A stretch of 40,250 nucleotides of DNA from Candidatus Korobacteraceae bacterium (GCA_049519515.1 JBEKQR010000001.1:1-40250); one strand, 5' to 3'. Counted from the stretch's first letter, positions 16,486 to 25,306 are shown. Made by a program: numbers and translations. The notes: generated by a model from the sequence alone, not told the origin.

Positions 16486-16513
16486 AGAATAGCAACTCGC
16501 GATCATTTTGCAA
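16486..16513 (-). promoter_or_regulatory. candidate sigma70-type promoter of the redox operon
   Basis: Minus strand reads TTGCAA-N16-TATTCT, about 60 nt upstream of ATG 16423, in the only AT-rich stretch of the region. Consensus match only. Confidence 0.25.
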
Positions 16514-16779
16514 GAAAAAAATTACAACCAGCACAAGTTGTTGAATAAAAAGAGTCAGAGCTTAAGCCGCGACCAGAGCCGAACGGCAAAAAGGTGCCTG
16601 GATTGGCAGCGTCCATGAATCTGTAGTTACTTTACGCAAAAATTTTCACGCGTATTATTGATTTATCAGTTAACAACGCACCCTCGCGCGAACGAAAGCA
16701 GATCGAGAGCAATTGACAGTGAAGCCGGTAACTGGCACCATCTCCCTTCCAGCTCTATGGAATGCGCTAGGAGATTCAA

Positions 16780-17685
16780 GTGACCATCAGGCAAATCAGC
16801 GTGATAGTGATCGTCTTTTTGCTGGCGGTGGCGGGCATGGCGAACGCGGCGCCCCCGCAACCTGCCGCGCAAATACTGGTGCAGACAAACTGGCTGGCCG
16901 CGCACCTCAAAGACCCGGCGATTGTCATTCTGCACGTAGGCGGGAACAAGACTTCTTATGATGCGGAACACATCCCCGGGGCGCAATTCCTGCCGCTGAG
17001 CGCCGTGGCTGTCGCCCGTAACGGCATTCCCAACCAACTGCCAACCGTGGCCGCCCTGAAGGCCGCCTTCGAACAGGCGGGGGTGAGCGACAAATCCCAG
17101 GTCGTGCTCTACGGCGACATGATCGGTCTGTTTGCCGCGCGCGCCTATTTCGCCCTCGATTACTTGGGGCATGGCCGGCGCGCCGCCCTGCTTGACGGCG
17201 GCCTGGAAAAATGGAAGGCGGAGCACCGCGATCTGAGCACAGCCGCCGCCACACCCAAGGCCGGCAATTTGAACGTGAAGCCCCATCCGGAGCTTATCGC
17301 CGATTTGGCTGCCATGAAGCAGATTGTCGCCAGCAAGCAAGCGACGTTGATTGATGCCCGTCCGCCGGCCGAGTATTCCGGCGCGCAAGCCAGTGAAGGC
17401 GTGCCGCGCGCCGGACATATCCCCGGCGCCAAGAACGTCTTTTGGATGGATAACCTGGCGAGCAAATACAACCCGGTCCTCAAGCCGGTGGCGGAGATGC
17501 AGGCGAAGTACGCGGCAGCGGGCGTGAAACGCGGCAGGAAAGTGGTTGTCTACTGCCGCACCGGGGTGCAGGCCGCGCACGACTACTTTACCCTAAAGCT
17601 GCTCGGGTTCAGTCCCGTCCTGTACGAAGGATCGTTCTTCGAGTGGAGCAACGCCCCGGGAACAGCGGTCGAGACGGGGCCATAG
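16780..17685 (+). CDS. periplasmic tandem-rhodanese sulfurtransferase (thiosulfate/3-mercaptopyruvate sulfurtransferase family)
   Basis: GTG start with an AGGAGA SD. Signal peptide ISVIVIVFLLAVAGMANA-AP. Two rhodanese-like halves. Active-site loop VVVYCRTGVQAAH in the C-terminal half. Confidence 0.8.
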   Translation: MTIRQISVIVIVFLLAVAGMANAAPPQPAAQILVQTNWLAAHLKDPAIVILHVGGNKTSYDAEHIPGAQFLPLSAVAVARNGIPNQLPTVAALKAAFEQAGVSDKSQVVLYGDMIGLFAARAYFALDYLGHGRRAALLDGGLEKWKAEHRDLSTAAATPKAGNLNVKPHPELIADLAAMKQIVASKQATLIDARPPAEYSGAQASEGVPRAGHIPGAKNVFWMDNLASKYNPVLKPVAEMQAKYAAAGVKRGRKVVVYCRTGVQAAHDYFTLKLLGFSPVLYEGSFFEWSNAPGTAVETGP

Positions 17686-17879
17686 AGTACGAAGAACTGA
17701 TGGAAGCGCCCCACCTTCGCGGGACTGGGTGAGGCGCTTCCGTGCTCCGCCAAAGAGAGAAACCCGGGTGGTTCCTCTCCTTCTCTCGAACCGGACTATC
17801 CTATTGGCCGGTGGAGAATCCCTCCCAAAAGCGCGATTCCGGTCCGGCAATGTATACGAAAAATCGATGACCGGGACTG

Positions 17880-18296
17880 TCAGGCAGCCTTTGGGGTTAT
17901 GCTCGCCGTGCAAAACGCACACTTGTGTGCCCCCACCGGAATTTCGCTGAGGCACTCCGGACATTGCCTCTTGGTGGGATCAGGTGGCCCTTCACCGCGC
18001 TTCTTGTAAGCCATGAATGCGTTCATCGGCACAATCACGAAGAAGTAAACAGCGAAAGCGATCAGCAGGAATGAGACCAGCGAATTGATGAAGTCGCCGT
18101 ACATGAACCTGCTGCCGTTCAGTTCCGCGTACAAGCCAGAGAAATCCGGCTTGCCCAATATCGCGGCGATGAGGGGCGTGAGCAGGTCTTTGACAAAGGC
18201 TGCCACTACCGCTCCGAACGCGGCCCCGATAACGACAGCGACGGCGAGGTCAATGACGTTTCCCCGAAAAATAAATTCCTTAAATCCTTTCAACAT
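17880..18296 (-). CDS. mscL: large-conductance mechanosensitive channel MscL with C-terminal CxxC...CxxC extension
   Basis: MLKGFKEFIFRGNVIDLAVAVVIGAAFG...KDLLTPLI is the canonical MscL N-terminus and TM1. The tail is RQCPECLSEIPVGAHKCAFCT. GGAGG SD lies 6 nt upstream. Confidence 0.9.
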   Translation of the reverse strand: MLKGFKEFIFRGNVIDLAVAVVIGAAFGAVVAAFVKDLLTPLIAAILGKPDFSGLYAELNGSRFMYGDFINSLVSFLLIAFAVYFFVIVPMNAFMAYKKRGEGPPDPTKRQCPECLSEIPVGAHKCAFCTASITPKAA

Positions 18297-18498
18297 TTCG
18301 TGCCTCCAACGTACCGGGACGATTTGCTTGGATTCAAGAAGAGCCTGCGTTGCTGCCTCGGACGCTGCCAGTTAAGGCCGTTTCCAGACGGCAGGTATTC
18401 AATCGCCGGAACTCTGCCGCCAATCCTGATGATCCGAGCAGGCGGAGAATGATCGACTGACACGCAGAGCAAATAGGTTTTGGTGTAGCCGTATTTGG

Positions 18499-18660
18499 GG
18501 TGTCATGCTGAGCGGCTCCGCAGGAGACGCGAAGCATCCCCATGCAGTCACTCCACTCCGCGCCGCGTGGAGTTTCTTACAAGAACCTTCAACTCCGTTT
18601 TGCCACAGGCAGTAGTGGGATGCTTCGGCCCGCCACCCCGGCGGGCCTCAGCATGACACC
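18499..18660. repeat. repeat family B: 162-nt nested-palindrome element (complete copy)
   Basis: Outer inverted repeat GGTGTCATGCTGAG (18499-18512) / CTCAGCATGACACC (18647-18660). Inner inverted repeat GAAGCATCCC (18531-18540) / GGGATGCTTC (18617-18626). Local hairpins GCCCGCC-N5-GGCGGGC and CTCCAC-N10-GTGGAG. Confidence 0.75.
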
Positions 18661-19068
18661 TTGAGAACGATCAATCCGGAACCACATTAATCCCTAAACT
18701 GCTTTAGAAAGCCCGCTGTGGCCGCTCGCGCTCCGCGAGCAAGGATTGCAACTTTTCCATCGTGAGGGTTTTAAAGTACATAGGGCGTCAGAGAATGACC
18801 CAGGCTGTGCAACGATCCGCCTCCAGCCGGAGGTTGCTCTCCTGAACACAATGATCCAGGGGCCGCGGCGGGACCGATTACCTTGGTGATCTTTCATCGG
18901 ACATCCACCTCTCCGATAATGGACAATCACGTACCAGTGTGGCAAAGGTGTGATGCCATGAGCCGCCCGGAATGGGCGATTATGGTATTTGCGGGTAATT
19001 TCAGGGCAGGAAAAACGAGCGGGTAGCAGTCCGGCCTTGGTGCACCTGATAGCGGGCGTTTTTCGGCG

Positions 19069-20169
19069 GTGGCAATGCGTCAAGCGACTCGACAATTGAT
19101 GTGCGCAGTCTGGCTCATCCTGGCCGGCGCTCTCGTTTGCGGCGCACAACTGCTGCCCGACGTTACCCCTGAACCAAAGCCGCAACCCAAACCTTCCGCC
19201 AGCCTGTTGGTTACCACCGATTTGGATTGCAACTGGAAGCTGGATGGCGTGTCGCAAGGGCAGCTGAAGGCCGACAGCGCGAAGACCGTGCGACTGTCGC
19301 CCGGCAAGCACCTGGTTCAGGCCTTCTCCAACGATCGGCAAGATAAATGGCAGGCCTTTGTCACCGTTGGACAATCGGGGCAGGAGGGATTGCAGATTCT
19401 CCTGTCCAGCGTGCGGCAAGCAAGGCTGGAGAAGGAACAGGAGGAAGCTGCCGAGCGCAGGCTGGCAGAAGGGCGCAGGCGTGAAGCAGAGCGCATCGGC
19501 AAGTGGGAGTTTGTGAGAATACCAGCCGGCGAGTTCGATATGGGCTGCTCGCCCGGCGATCGCGAGTGTTATGACGACGAGAAGCCGCAGCATCATGTCC
19601 GTATCAGAACAAGTTTTGAGATCGGCAAGTACCTGGTCACGCAGACAATGTGGAAGTCGGTGATGGGCAGCAATCCCAGCCGCTTCAAGGGGCCTGGCCT
19701 TCCGGTAGAAACGGTCAGTTGGAATGATGTGCAGGAGTTCTTGCAACGGCTAAACACCAGGAATGATGGTTACCATTACCGGCTGCCCACGGAGGCGGAG
19801 TGGGAGTATGCGGCGCGGGCGGGCAGCATGCCGGTTCGTTACGGGAACCTGGATGCAATTGCCTGGTACTGGGGCAACTCGGGCAAGGAAACGCATCCGG
19901 TGGGGCAGATGCAGCCGAATGCCTGGGGACTGTATGACATGCTGGGCAACGTGTGGGAGTGGGTGCAGGACTGGTACGATCAGAATTTCTACCAACACTC
20001 GCCGGACACCGATCCACAGGGGCCTTCCACGGGGCAGCACCGCGTGCTGCGGGGCAATTCCTGGGACAGCGGGTCAGGGGGCGTCCGTGTTTCCGTTCGC
20101 GGCTGGGACGAACCGGATGATCGCAACTACGGCAGCGGGTTCCGTTGCGTCCGGGAAGTTGCTGACTGA
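19069..20169 (+). CDS. formylglycine-generating-enzyme (SUMF1/FGE) family protein with N-terminal signal/anchor, beta-sandwich and coiled segment
   Basis: C-terminal 230 aa carry FGE-sulfatase-domain motifs: IPAGEFDMG, KPQHHVRI, YLVTQTMW, RLPTEAEWEYAARAG, GLYDMLGNVWEWVQDW, RVLRGNSW, GFRCV. Confidence 0.8.
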   Translation: MAMRQATRQLMCAVWLILAGALVCGAQLLPDVTPEPKPQPKPSASLLVTTDLDCNWKLDGVSQGQLKADSAKTVRLSPGKHLVQAFSNDRQDKWQAFVTVGQSGQEGLQILLSSVRQARLEKEQEEAAERRLAEGRRREAERIGKWEFVRIPAGEFDMGCSPGDRECYDDEKPQHHVRIRTSFEIGKYLVTQTMWKSVMGSNPSRFKGPGLPVETVSWNDVQEFLQRLNTRNDGYHYRLPTEAEWEYAARAGSMPVRYGNLDAIAWYWGNSGKETHPVGQMQPNAWGLYDMLGNVWEWVQDWYDQNFYQHSPDTDPQGPSTGQHRVLRGNSWDSGSGGVRVSVRGWDEPDDRNYGSGFRCVREVAD

Positions 20170-20225
20170 TCCTGGTTTTGATGTGCTATAAGCACGCGTG
20201 GTTATAGAGCGGCGCGGAGAATCTC

Positions 20226-21062
20226 TCAACGAGATGCGGGAACCGTGCCACGCAAGCCTGCCCGCTCAACCGCCTTGGCGATCTTGCCATCCCGCTGAGC
20301 TTCACTCAGAAACTGATTGAGTAGCGGCACAGCTTGCTCTCGCCCTTTGGGTATGCCCGCGGCAAAATTCTCGTAGCCCCAAGCCCCTTCAAGCACCCTC
20401 GAGCCGGACAAGCGATCGGACAGTTCATACAAGATAGCTTTGTTGGTGGCAAATGCTTCCAGTTCACCGGATTTCAACATACTAGCTGCCTGGTCCAGGG
20501 TCGGAACGGCCAGGACTTGCGTATTCTTAAACTTGCTGCCAAGCATTTTCTGCGAAGTGCTCCCCACGCTCACACCCACCCTGACGCCTTTGACATCGAT
20601 ATCCTCCAGGCGCCGGATAGCGCTTCCAGCGGGCACCAGGCAACCTTGCTCGACCCGCAAAAACGAATTTGAAAAGTCGATATCGCGAGCCCTGTCCGCT
20701 GTCGCATTTGTGAATGTAACATCCACCGAACCCGCCTTGACGGCGGCAAGGACCTCCGCGTTCTTCGGGAAGATGACAGGCTCAAAGGGAACCTTTAGAT
20801 ATCGTGCGAGCTCGCGGCCAAGATCATAGCCAACACCCTTAGCATCTGCGGGCGTTTGTCCCGGAATGATGGACGTCGGACTCCCTCGATAAACACCAAC
20901 CCGAAGCTTACCGGTTGGCGCCAGGATATCCCTTGCCAAGCTAAAGCTAGCTGTTTCGTTCGTTGGGAGAACCTGCGACGAGAGCAGCACAGGAGCCATT
21001 GCGGCAATGGCCACGCCAATGCCCAGACCCACGATGCTTGTACAGATGAGCTTGGATTTCAT
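20226..21062 (-). CDS. periplasmic substrate-binding protein (family 3, amino-acid type ABC transporter SBP)
   Basis: 278 aa with a signal peptide (LICTSIVGLGIGVAIAAMA). Overall SBP_bac_3-like pattern (LRVGVY..., GYDLGRELA, DVTFTNAT). No permease or ATPase gene is adjacent. Confidence 0.7.
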   Translation of the reverse strand: MKSKLICTSIVGLGIGVAIAAMAPVLLSSQVLPTNETASFSLARDILAPTGKLRVGVYRGSPTSIIPGQTPADAKGVGYDLGRELARYLKVPFEPVIFPKNAEVLAAVKAGSVDVTFTNATADRARDIDFSNSFLRVEQGCLVPAGSAIRRLEDIDVKGVRVGVSVGSTSQKMLGSKFKNTQVLAVPTLDQAASMLKSGELEAFATNKAILYELSDRLSGSRVLEGAWGYENFAAGIPKGREQAVPLLNQFLSEAQRDGKIAKAVERAGLRGTVPASR

Positions 21063-21213
21063 TACTATAGGCCTGCTTTCCTTACTTCACTTTTCTTAGC
21101 CTGAATCGCTCAAATTGTACTGCTTATAAGCTGTTTTGCAAGACCTATACTGCAGGTAAACGAAAACGAAGCAATGCCGCACCATGCGGGCTGCACTGCG
21201 CGCTCGAAATGGT

Positions 21214-21392
21214 TAGAGCTTGTTTCAAAAACATTCCTGAGGAATAAGGCGTATTTCCTCAGGGGCTAAAGCCCGCATTTTTATTGGCTCTGGACGGCGT
21301 GGCTCAAGGCACCCCAGCAAGTCAAATGCGGACTTGCTGGGGACCCCGCGAAGCCACGCCCCTTCAAAGCACTATCTTTGAAACAAGCTCTA
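21214..21392. repeat. MITE-like structured repeat, family A, long variant (copy 2)
   Basis: 16-bp perfect terminal inverted repeat TAGAGCTTGTTTCAAA. Hairpins CCTGAGGAA/TTCCTCAGG (21236-21263), GGCGTGGC/GCCACGCC (21296-21360), and the nested CCCCAGCAAGTC/GACTTGCTGGGG (21312-21342). Confidence 0.85.
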
Positions 21393-21601
21393 AGTTCTGC
21401 CGGGTGGTTTTGGTTCCTGGCCCCATACTGACCGAGCCAACCCGGGATCGTGGGCCGCGCGGGGACAGTCGTGGCGGGAGCCACTCTGGCCGGGGAGCGC
21501 GCGAGCCGGCTCCGTGAGCCCCAGCCTCGGCGACGCGATTGCCCTGGCACGAGATTTCGCCGAACGAATCAGGATTTATCCGGGAAGATAAAAGAAACAT
21601 T

Positions 21602-21628
21602 TTGATGGGTCCTGAGTAGCCTTATAAT
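21602..21628 (+). promoter_or_regulatory. candidate sigma70-type promoter upstream of the YjiH/YjiG-like pair
   Basis: TTGATG-N15-TATAAT (perfect -10), about 140 nt upstream of GTG 21768. Consensus match only. Confidence 0.3.
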
Positions 21629-21767
21629 AGCGGCCATTCACGGTCAGAACCAGCAGCAATAACGTTCATTCCGACAGATTGAGGTTGCACTCGGCGTCAT
21701 CCTGTTGGCAGGCTGCCGGGCTGCGGCTTTTCAGGAGCAAAAGAATCTTTCAAGGAGGCATCCACCA

Positions 21768-22445
21768 GTGTCAGGGCATGCACCAGTGTCAGAGGAGAAA
21801 AAGGATCTCCATGAAGCGCCAAAAACCGTAGTAGTTCCCTGGACCGGCTATGTGGCATTTGTATTTGCCATCATTTGCTTCTCGGGCTTGCTTGCCAGCC
21901 GGAAAGGACTGATTACCGCACTCGACTTCAACACGATTGCGGGAACATTCGGCACCATGAAGGACCCCGCCAAAGCAACCTTCATGGGACAAGCCGGGTT
22001 GGGCGCGCGTGACGGCTTCATGTTCGCGTTCAGCCTGGTTCCGGTTGTCATGTTTGCGCTGGGCATGGTTGAGATCATCGACCATCTTGGCGGCTTGAGA
22101 GCAGCTCAAAAATTGCTGTCCCCTGTTCTTCGTCCGCTGATGGGCATTCCCGGAATTACGGGCCTGGCCATGGTTACAAGTTTCCAGAGCACCGATGCCG
22201 GGGCCGGCATGACGCGCATGCTGAAGGAAACCGAGTTGATAACGGAACGGGAGAGAACAATTTTTGCCGCCTTCCAGTTTTCGGCCGGCGGCATCATTAC
22301 AAACTATCTGTCCATCGGCCCCGCCGTTTTCGGCTTCATCACCGTGCCCATAATCGTGCCACTCGCACTGATGTTTGTCCTGAAGGTCGTGGGCGCTAAT
22401 GTCATGCGGCTTTACTTGCGCTTGTTCGCGAAAGAGGAGAACTGA
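21768..22445 (+). CDS. nucleoside-recognition (Gate) domain membrane protein, YjiH-like
   Basis: GTG 21768 sits 8 nt after AAGGAGG (the ORF-track TTG 21705 has no SD). 225 aa, polytopic. Paired with a YjiG-like gene as in the E. coli yjiH-yjiG arrangement (recollection). Confidence 0.65.
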   Translation: MSGHAPVSEEKKDLHEAPKTVVVPWTGYVAFVFAIICFSGLLASRKGLITALDFNTIAGTFGTMKDPAKATFMGQAGLGARDGFMFAFSLVPVVMFALGMVEIIDHLGGLRAAQKLLSPVLRPLMGIPGITGLAMVTSFQSTDAGAGMTRMLKETELITERERTIFAAFQFSAGGIITNYLSIGPAVFGFITVPIIVPLALMFVLKVVGANVMRLYLRLFAKEEN

Positions 22446-22446
22446 G

Positions 22447-22908
22447 ATGGCGACAGAGCAGAAGAAAACGATTCCGGACATTTTTGTGGAAGGCGCCCGT
22501 AAAGGATGGGCCGTGGGAACCAACAGCATCTTGCCGAACGTGCTCATGGCATACGTGCTGATCCAGATTCTCCGCGTTTCCGGCGTGCTCGACGTCTTAG
22601 GAAATATTTTTAATCCGGTGATGGCGGTTTTCGGATTGCCTGGCAAGGCGGCCATGGTATTGATGGGGTCCTGGATGTCCATGGCCGGAGGCGCCGGGGT
22701 GGCCGCCAGCCTATATGCGTCAAATGCGCTGGACAGAACCCACGTGACCATTCTGCTGCCGGCGATATTCCTCATGGGGGCGCAGGTCCAGTACATGGGC
22801 CGCTGCCTGGGAACCGCGGGAGTGAAGTCCCGGCATTATCCGATGTTGTTTGTCATCAGTATCGTGAACGCAGCCATCAGCATGCTGGTCATGCGTCTGT
22901 TTGCGTAG
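22447..22908 (+). CDS. nucleoside-recognition (Gate) domain membrane protein, YjiG/SpmB-like
   Basis: ATG 22447 is 1 nt after the upstream stop. 153 aa, the same length class as YjiG. The ORF-track start 22399 overlaps the previous gene. Confidence 0.65.
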   Translation: MATEQKKTIPDIFVEGARKGWAVGTNSILPNVLMAYVLIQILRVSGVLDVLGNIFNPVMAVFGLPGKAAMVLMGSWMSMAGGAGVAASLYASNALDRTHVTILLPAIFLMGAQVQYMGRCLGTAGVKSRHYPMLFVISIVNAAISMLVMRLFA

Positions 22909-22922
22909 GCAAATCGAGGAGA

Positions 22923-24038
22923 ATGACGATGAACGATATGCAGACAAGAATTCAGGCTACTTACGAAGCGTTGCACGCGATTCCGGAGGCTGCCTTTGCC
23001 GAGCACCGGACATCGGCGTGGCTGGCTGAGAGGACCAAAGCCGCCGGGTTCGCGGTGAAGACCGGGGTCGGCGGTACTGGGGTAGTAGCGGTCCTGAAGG
23101 GAAAGGAACCAGGTCCGACAGTCGCACTGCGGGCCGACATGGATGCTCTGGAATATACCATCAATGGGAAAGATGTCTGTGTCCACGCCTGCGGACATGA
23201 TGCCCACTGTTCGATGGCGCTGATTGCCGCCGAAGAACTGGCGAAAACCGGCCTGCGGCGAGGTACTCTGAAGATCCTTTTTCAGCCGGCAGAAGAAAAA
23301 CTTGGCGGCGCGCTAAAGTTAATCGAGGCTGGTGCGCTTGACGACGTCGACGTAGTGATCGGCATGCACCTCAGGCCGATCCAGGAAGCAAAGCTCGGGC
23401 AGGCCACTCCAGCTCTATATCACGGCTCCAGCTACATCATGGAAGCGACCATCAAGGGCCGCACCGCGCATGGAGCCAGGCCTCATCTGGGAACCAACGT
23501 GATCGATGCTGCCGCGGCTGTAGTCAACGCCGTGAATGCGATCCACCTCAATCCCGTGGTGCCCTGGACCTGCAAGGTGACCAAGCTCCATGCCGGTGGA
23601 GCGACACTGAACGCGATCCCGGACAAGGCCGAGATGGCGCTGGACCTGAGAACTCAGCAGAACGACGCCATGGAGATACTTCTCGATAAAGCGGGAAAGG
23701 CCATCAAAGCCGGCGCGGCAACCGTCGGGGCGACAGCCGAAACGGCGGTAAAGGGCGGCGTCCCTGGAGCGGAGTATCACCCGGAGATCATTGAGCTTGC
23801 CCGGGAAGCTATCCGGGCGGTGCTTGGCGAACAAGGATTGCTGGAGCCGATCGTGACTCCCGGAAGCGAAGATTTCCATTATTTCGTGACAAAAAGGCCA
23901 AAGCTAAAAGCAGGCTACGTGGGCCTTGGATGCGATCTGACACCGGGGCTGCACGATCCGACGATGAAATTCGACCGTTCAGCGATGATTCACGGAGCCA
24001 ATATTCTTCTGTACATGAGCCGGAAACTGCTGAACTGA
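22923..24038 (+). CDS. M20-family amidohydrolase (M20D, aminoacylase/hippurate-hydrolase type)
   Basis: LHAIPEAAFAEHRTS, VALRADMDAL, HACGHDAH and FQPAEE are M20D metal-binding motifs. ATG 22929 has better SD spacing than 22923. Confidence 0.8.
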   Translation: MTMNDMQTRIQATYEALHAIPEAAFAEHRTSAWLAERTKAAGFAVKTGVGGTGVVAVLKGKEPGPTVALRADMDALEYTINGKDVCVHACGHDAHCSMALIAAEELAKTGLRRGTLKILFQPAEEKLGGALKLIEAGALDDVDVVIGMHLRPIQEAKLGQATPALYHGSSYIMEATIKGRTAHGARPHLGTNVIDAAAAVVNAVNAIHLNPVVPWTCKVTKLHAGGATLNAIPDKAEMALDLRTQQNDAMEILLDKAGKAIKAGAATVGATAETAVKGGVPGAEYHPEIIELAREAIRAVLGEQGLLEPIVTPGSEDFHYFVTKRPKLKAGYVGLGCDLTPGLHDPTMKFDRSAMIHGANILLYMSRKLLN

Positions 24039-24123
24039 TGGGTTTGTGCCAGAGAGAAAAAGACTGCTGAGTAACTTTCCACCCCAGCAACGGCAGCCGC
24101 GGCCGTTGCCGGGGCCACGCCGG

Positions 24124-24717
24124 TCATTGCGGCTTGTTCCAGCCCCGCAGTCGCGGCCACCAGCGGCCCACGTTGCGGCAGTACTCTTCGTACTCCGCGC
24201 CGAACTTCTTGCGCAAGACCGGCTCTTCATACAAGACCACGAACAGTTGTACGCCGAGCGCGACCGCGGCCGCGACAACAATCGCTGGCAGGCTGGCGTG
24301 CCCGAAGACGAACCACAGCCCGACCCATCCGGCCGCGAAGCCCACATACATGGGGTTCCGCACGTGGCGATAGAAGCCGACTACGACCAGCCGCTTCGGC
24401 GGGGCTACCGGCACAGGCGTGCCGCGTCCCGCCCACCCAAAGTCCCAAACGCACCGCAGGGCGACCGCGAATCCCAGAACGGATGGAACCGCCGCCAGCC
24501 AGCGCCAACGCGCCGCCTCTGCCACTTCCACACGGAACCCTAGCCATCCCGGCAGCAGCCAGAACCACAACGCGAAAAACGCCGCGCCCATTGCCAGCGA
24601 AGCGGCTGCCGGCAGCCAACGGTTGCCGCGCGTTGCCGCCGTGGAGCTTCCGGAGTGTTCGCCCGCCATAAACCCTCCTGGCGCCAATGCTAATCCGCGA
24701 TAGCTACGTTTCCCCAT
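24124..24717 (-). CDS. isoprenylcysteine carboxyl methyltransferase (ICMT/PEMT-like) family membrane methyltransferase
   Basis: Polytopic. C-terminal signature LVVVGFYRHVRNPMYVGF...EEPVLRKKFGAEYEEY. The start could be 24669 (MAGEHS) instead. Confidence 0.7.
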   Translation of the reverse strand: MGKRSYRGLALAPGGFMAGEHSGSSTAATRGNRWLPAAASLAMGAAFFALWFWLLPGWLGFRVEVAEAARWRWLAAVPSVLGFAVALRCVWDFGWAGRGTPVPVAPPKRLVVVGFYRHVRNPMYVGFAAGWVGLWFVFGHASLPAIVVAAAVALGVQLFVVLYEEPVLRKKFGAEYEEYCRNVGRWWPRLRGWNKPQ

Positions 24718-24725
24718 TGTAGCCG

Positions 24726-24753
24726 GAAGGAAAAGCCCCGAAGATTCGGGGCT
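24726..24753 (-). terminator. rho-independent terminator after NTF2-like paralog 1
   Basis: Minus strand reads AGCCCCG-aatctt-CGGGGCT followed by TTTTCCTTCC. Confidence 0.65.
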
Positions 24754-24814
24754 TCCTATCGCACGCAGCGATTTGACTCATGCGAGGGGACGGACAAGTC
24801 CTATCGCGCTTGCT

Positions 24815-25306
24815 CTATTTCCCGGAGAAGTCAAACTCATGAAAGATGGTGATGTACCACTGACCATTGTGCTTTGTCACGATCCAAGTTAGAAGACCCC
24901 TGCGGACGGGCGGAGCCGCCCCTCCGGAAGGAGAGGTTGCACCCGCCAATTCCCAGTCCGTATCCACGGAGGCCATGGTTGGGCTCAAAAACCGGATTCT
25001 CCGGACCGTGCCCGTCCTATGTGCATTCTTAAGGAACGTGGAGAATACCTGCTGATAGTGCTTCTCCAAGTCAGGGCGGCCCTGAGTGAACATGTCTCCC
25101 CGAGAGCTGGTGAATTCACCGTCCTCGGCATATAGCATGGTGCATCCGTGCGCGTCTTTGCGATTAAAACAGTCATTAAAATTGGCGACAAGCTGCCTGA
25201 TTGCAGCCTCGTCAGCCGTCCTCGATTTTTCTTCAGCCCAGGAAAGGGCCGTAGAAACCAAAATGAGGGCGAGATTCGCCACGAGCACTTTTAAGTGAAC
25301 CATCAT
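24815..25306 (-). CDS. secreted SgcJ/EcaC-type NTF2-like (DUF4440/SnoaL-like) protein, paralog 1
   Basis: AGGAGAcaATGATG start at 25306. Signal peptide MMVHLKVLVANLALILVSTALSWA. Core ADEAAIRQLVANFNDCFNRKDAHG...LLTWIVTKHNGQWYITIFHEF. Confidence 0.75.
   Translation of the reverse strand: MMVHLKVLVANLALILVSTALSWAEEKSRTADEAAIRQLVANFNDCFNRKDAHGCTMLYAEDGEFTSSRGDMFTQGRPDLEKHYQQVFSTFLKNAHRTGTVRRIRFLSPTMASVDTDWELAGATSPSGGAAPPVRRGLLTWIVTKHNGQWYITIFHEFDFSGK

Noticed and set aside
16585-16598. Sigma54-like element on the minus strand (GGCAC-CTTTTT-GC) upstream of the redox operon.
   Set aside because: The GG-to-GC spacing is one nt short of the strict -24/-12 geometry. It lies about 170 nt from the start codon. 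No sigma54 activator domain is encoded nearby.
17702-17741. The 9-bp inverted repeat GGAAGCGCC...GGCGCTTCC after the rhodanese gene, as a terminator.
   Set aside because: It has a 22-nt loop and no U-tract on either strand. Possibly structural, but not a convincing intrinsic terminator.
18770-18960. Small minus-strand ORFs in the mscL-FGE intergenic region (for example MKDHQGNRSRRGPW..., MYFKTLTMEKLQSLLAERERPQRAF).
   Set aside because: They have no recognisable family, weak or absent SD sequences and mutually overlapping frames. They could be remnants but cannot be supported.
18694-19746. 350-aa minus-strand ORF spanning the long intergenic region and the 5' half of the FGE-like gene.
   Set aside because: It is antisense to a gene with unmistakable FGE motifs. 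It has no recognisable domain and no SD. Its upstream part reads through non-coding repeat DNA.
24082-24114. A 13-bp, one-mismatch hairpin between the convergent M20 and ICMT-like genes.
   Set aside because: A GC-only stem without a U-tract. It may be a REP-like or transcript-stabilising element, but the evidence is insufficient for a feature call.
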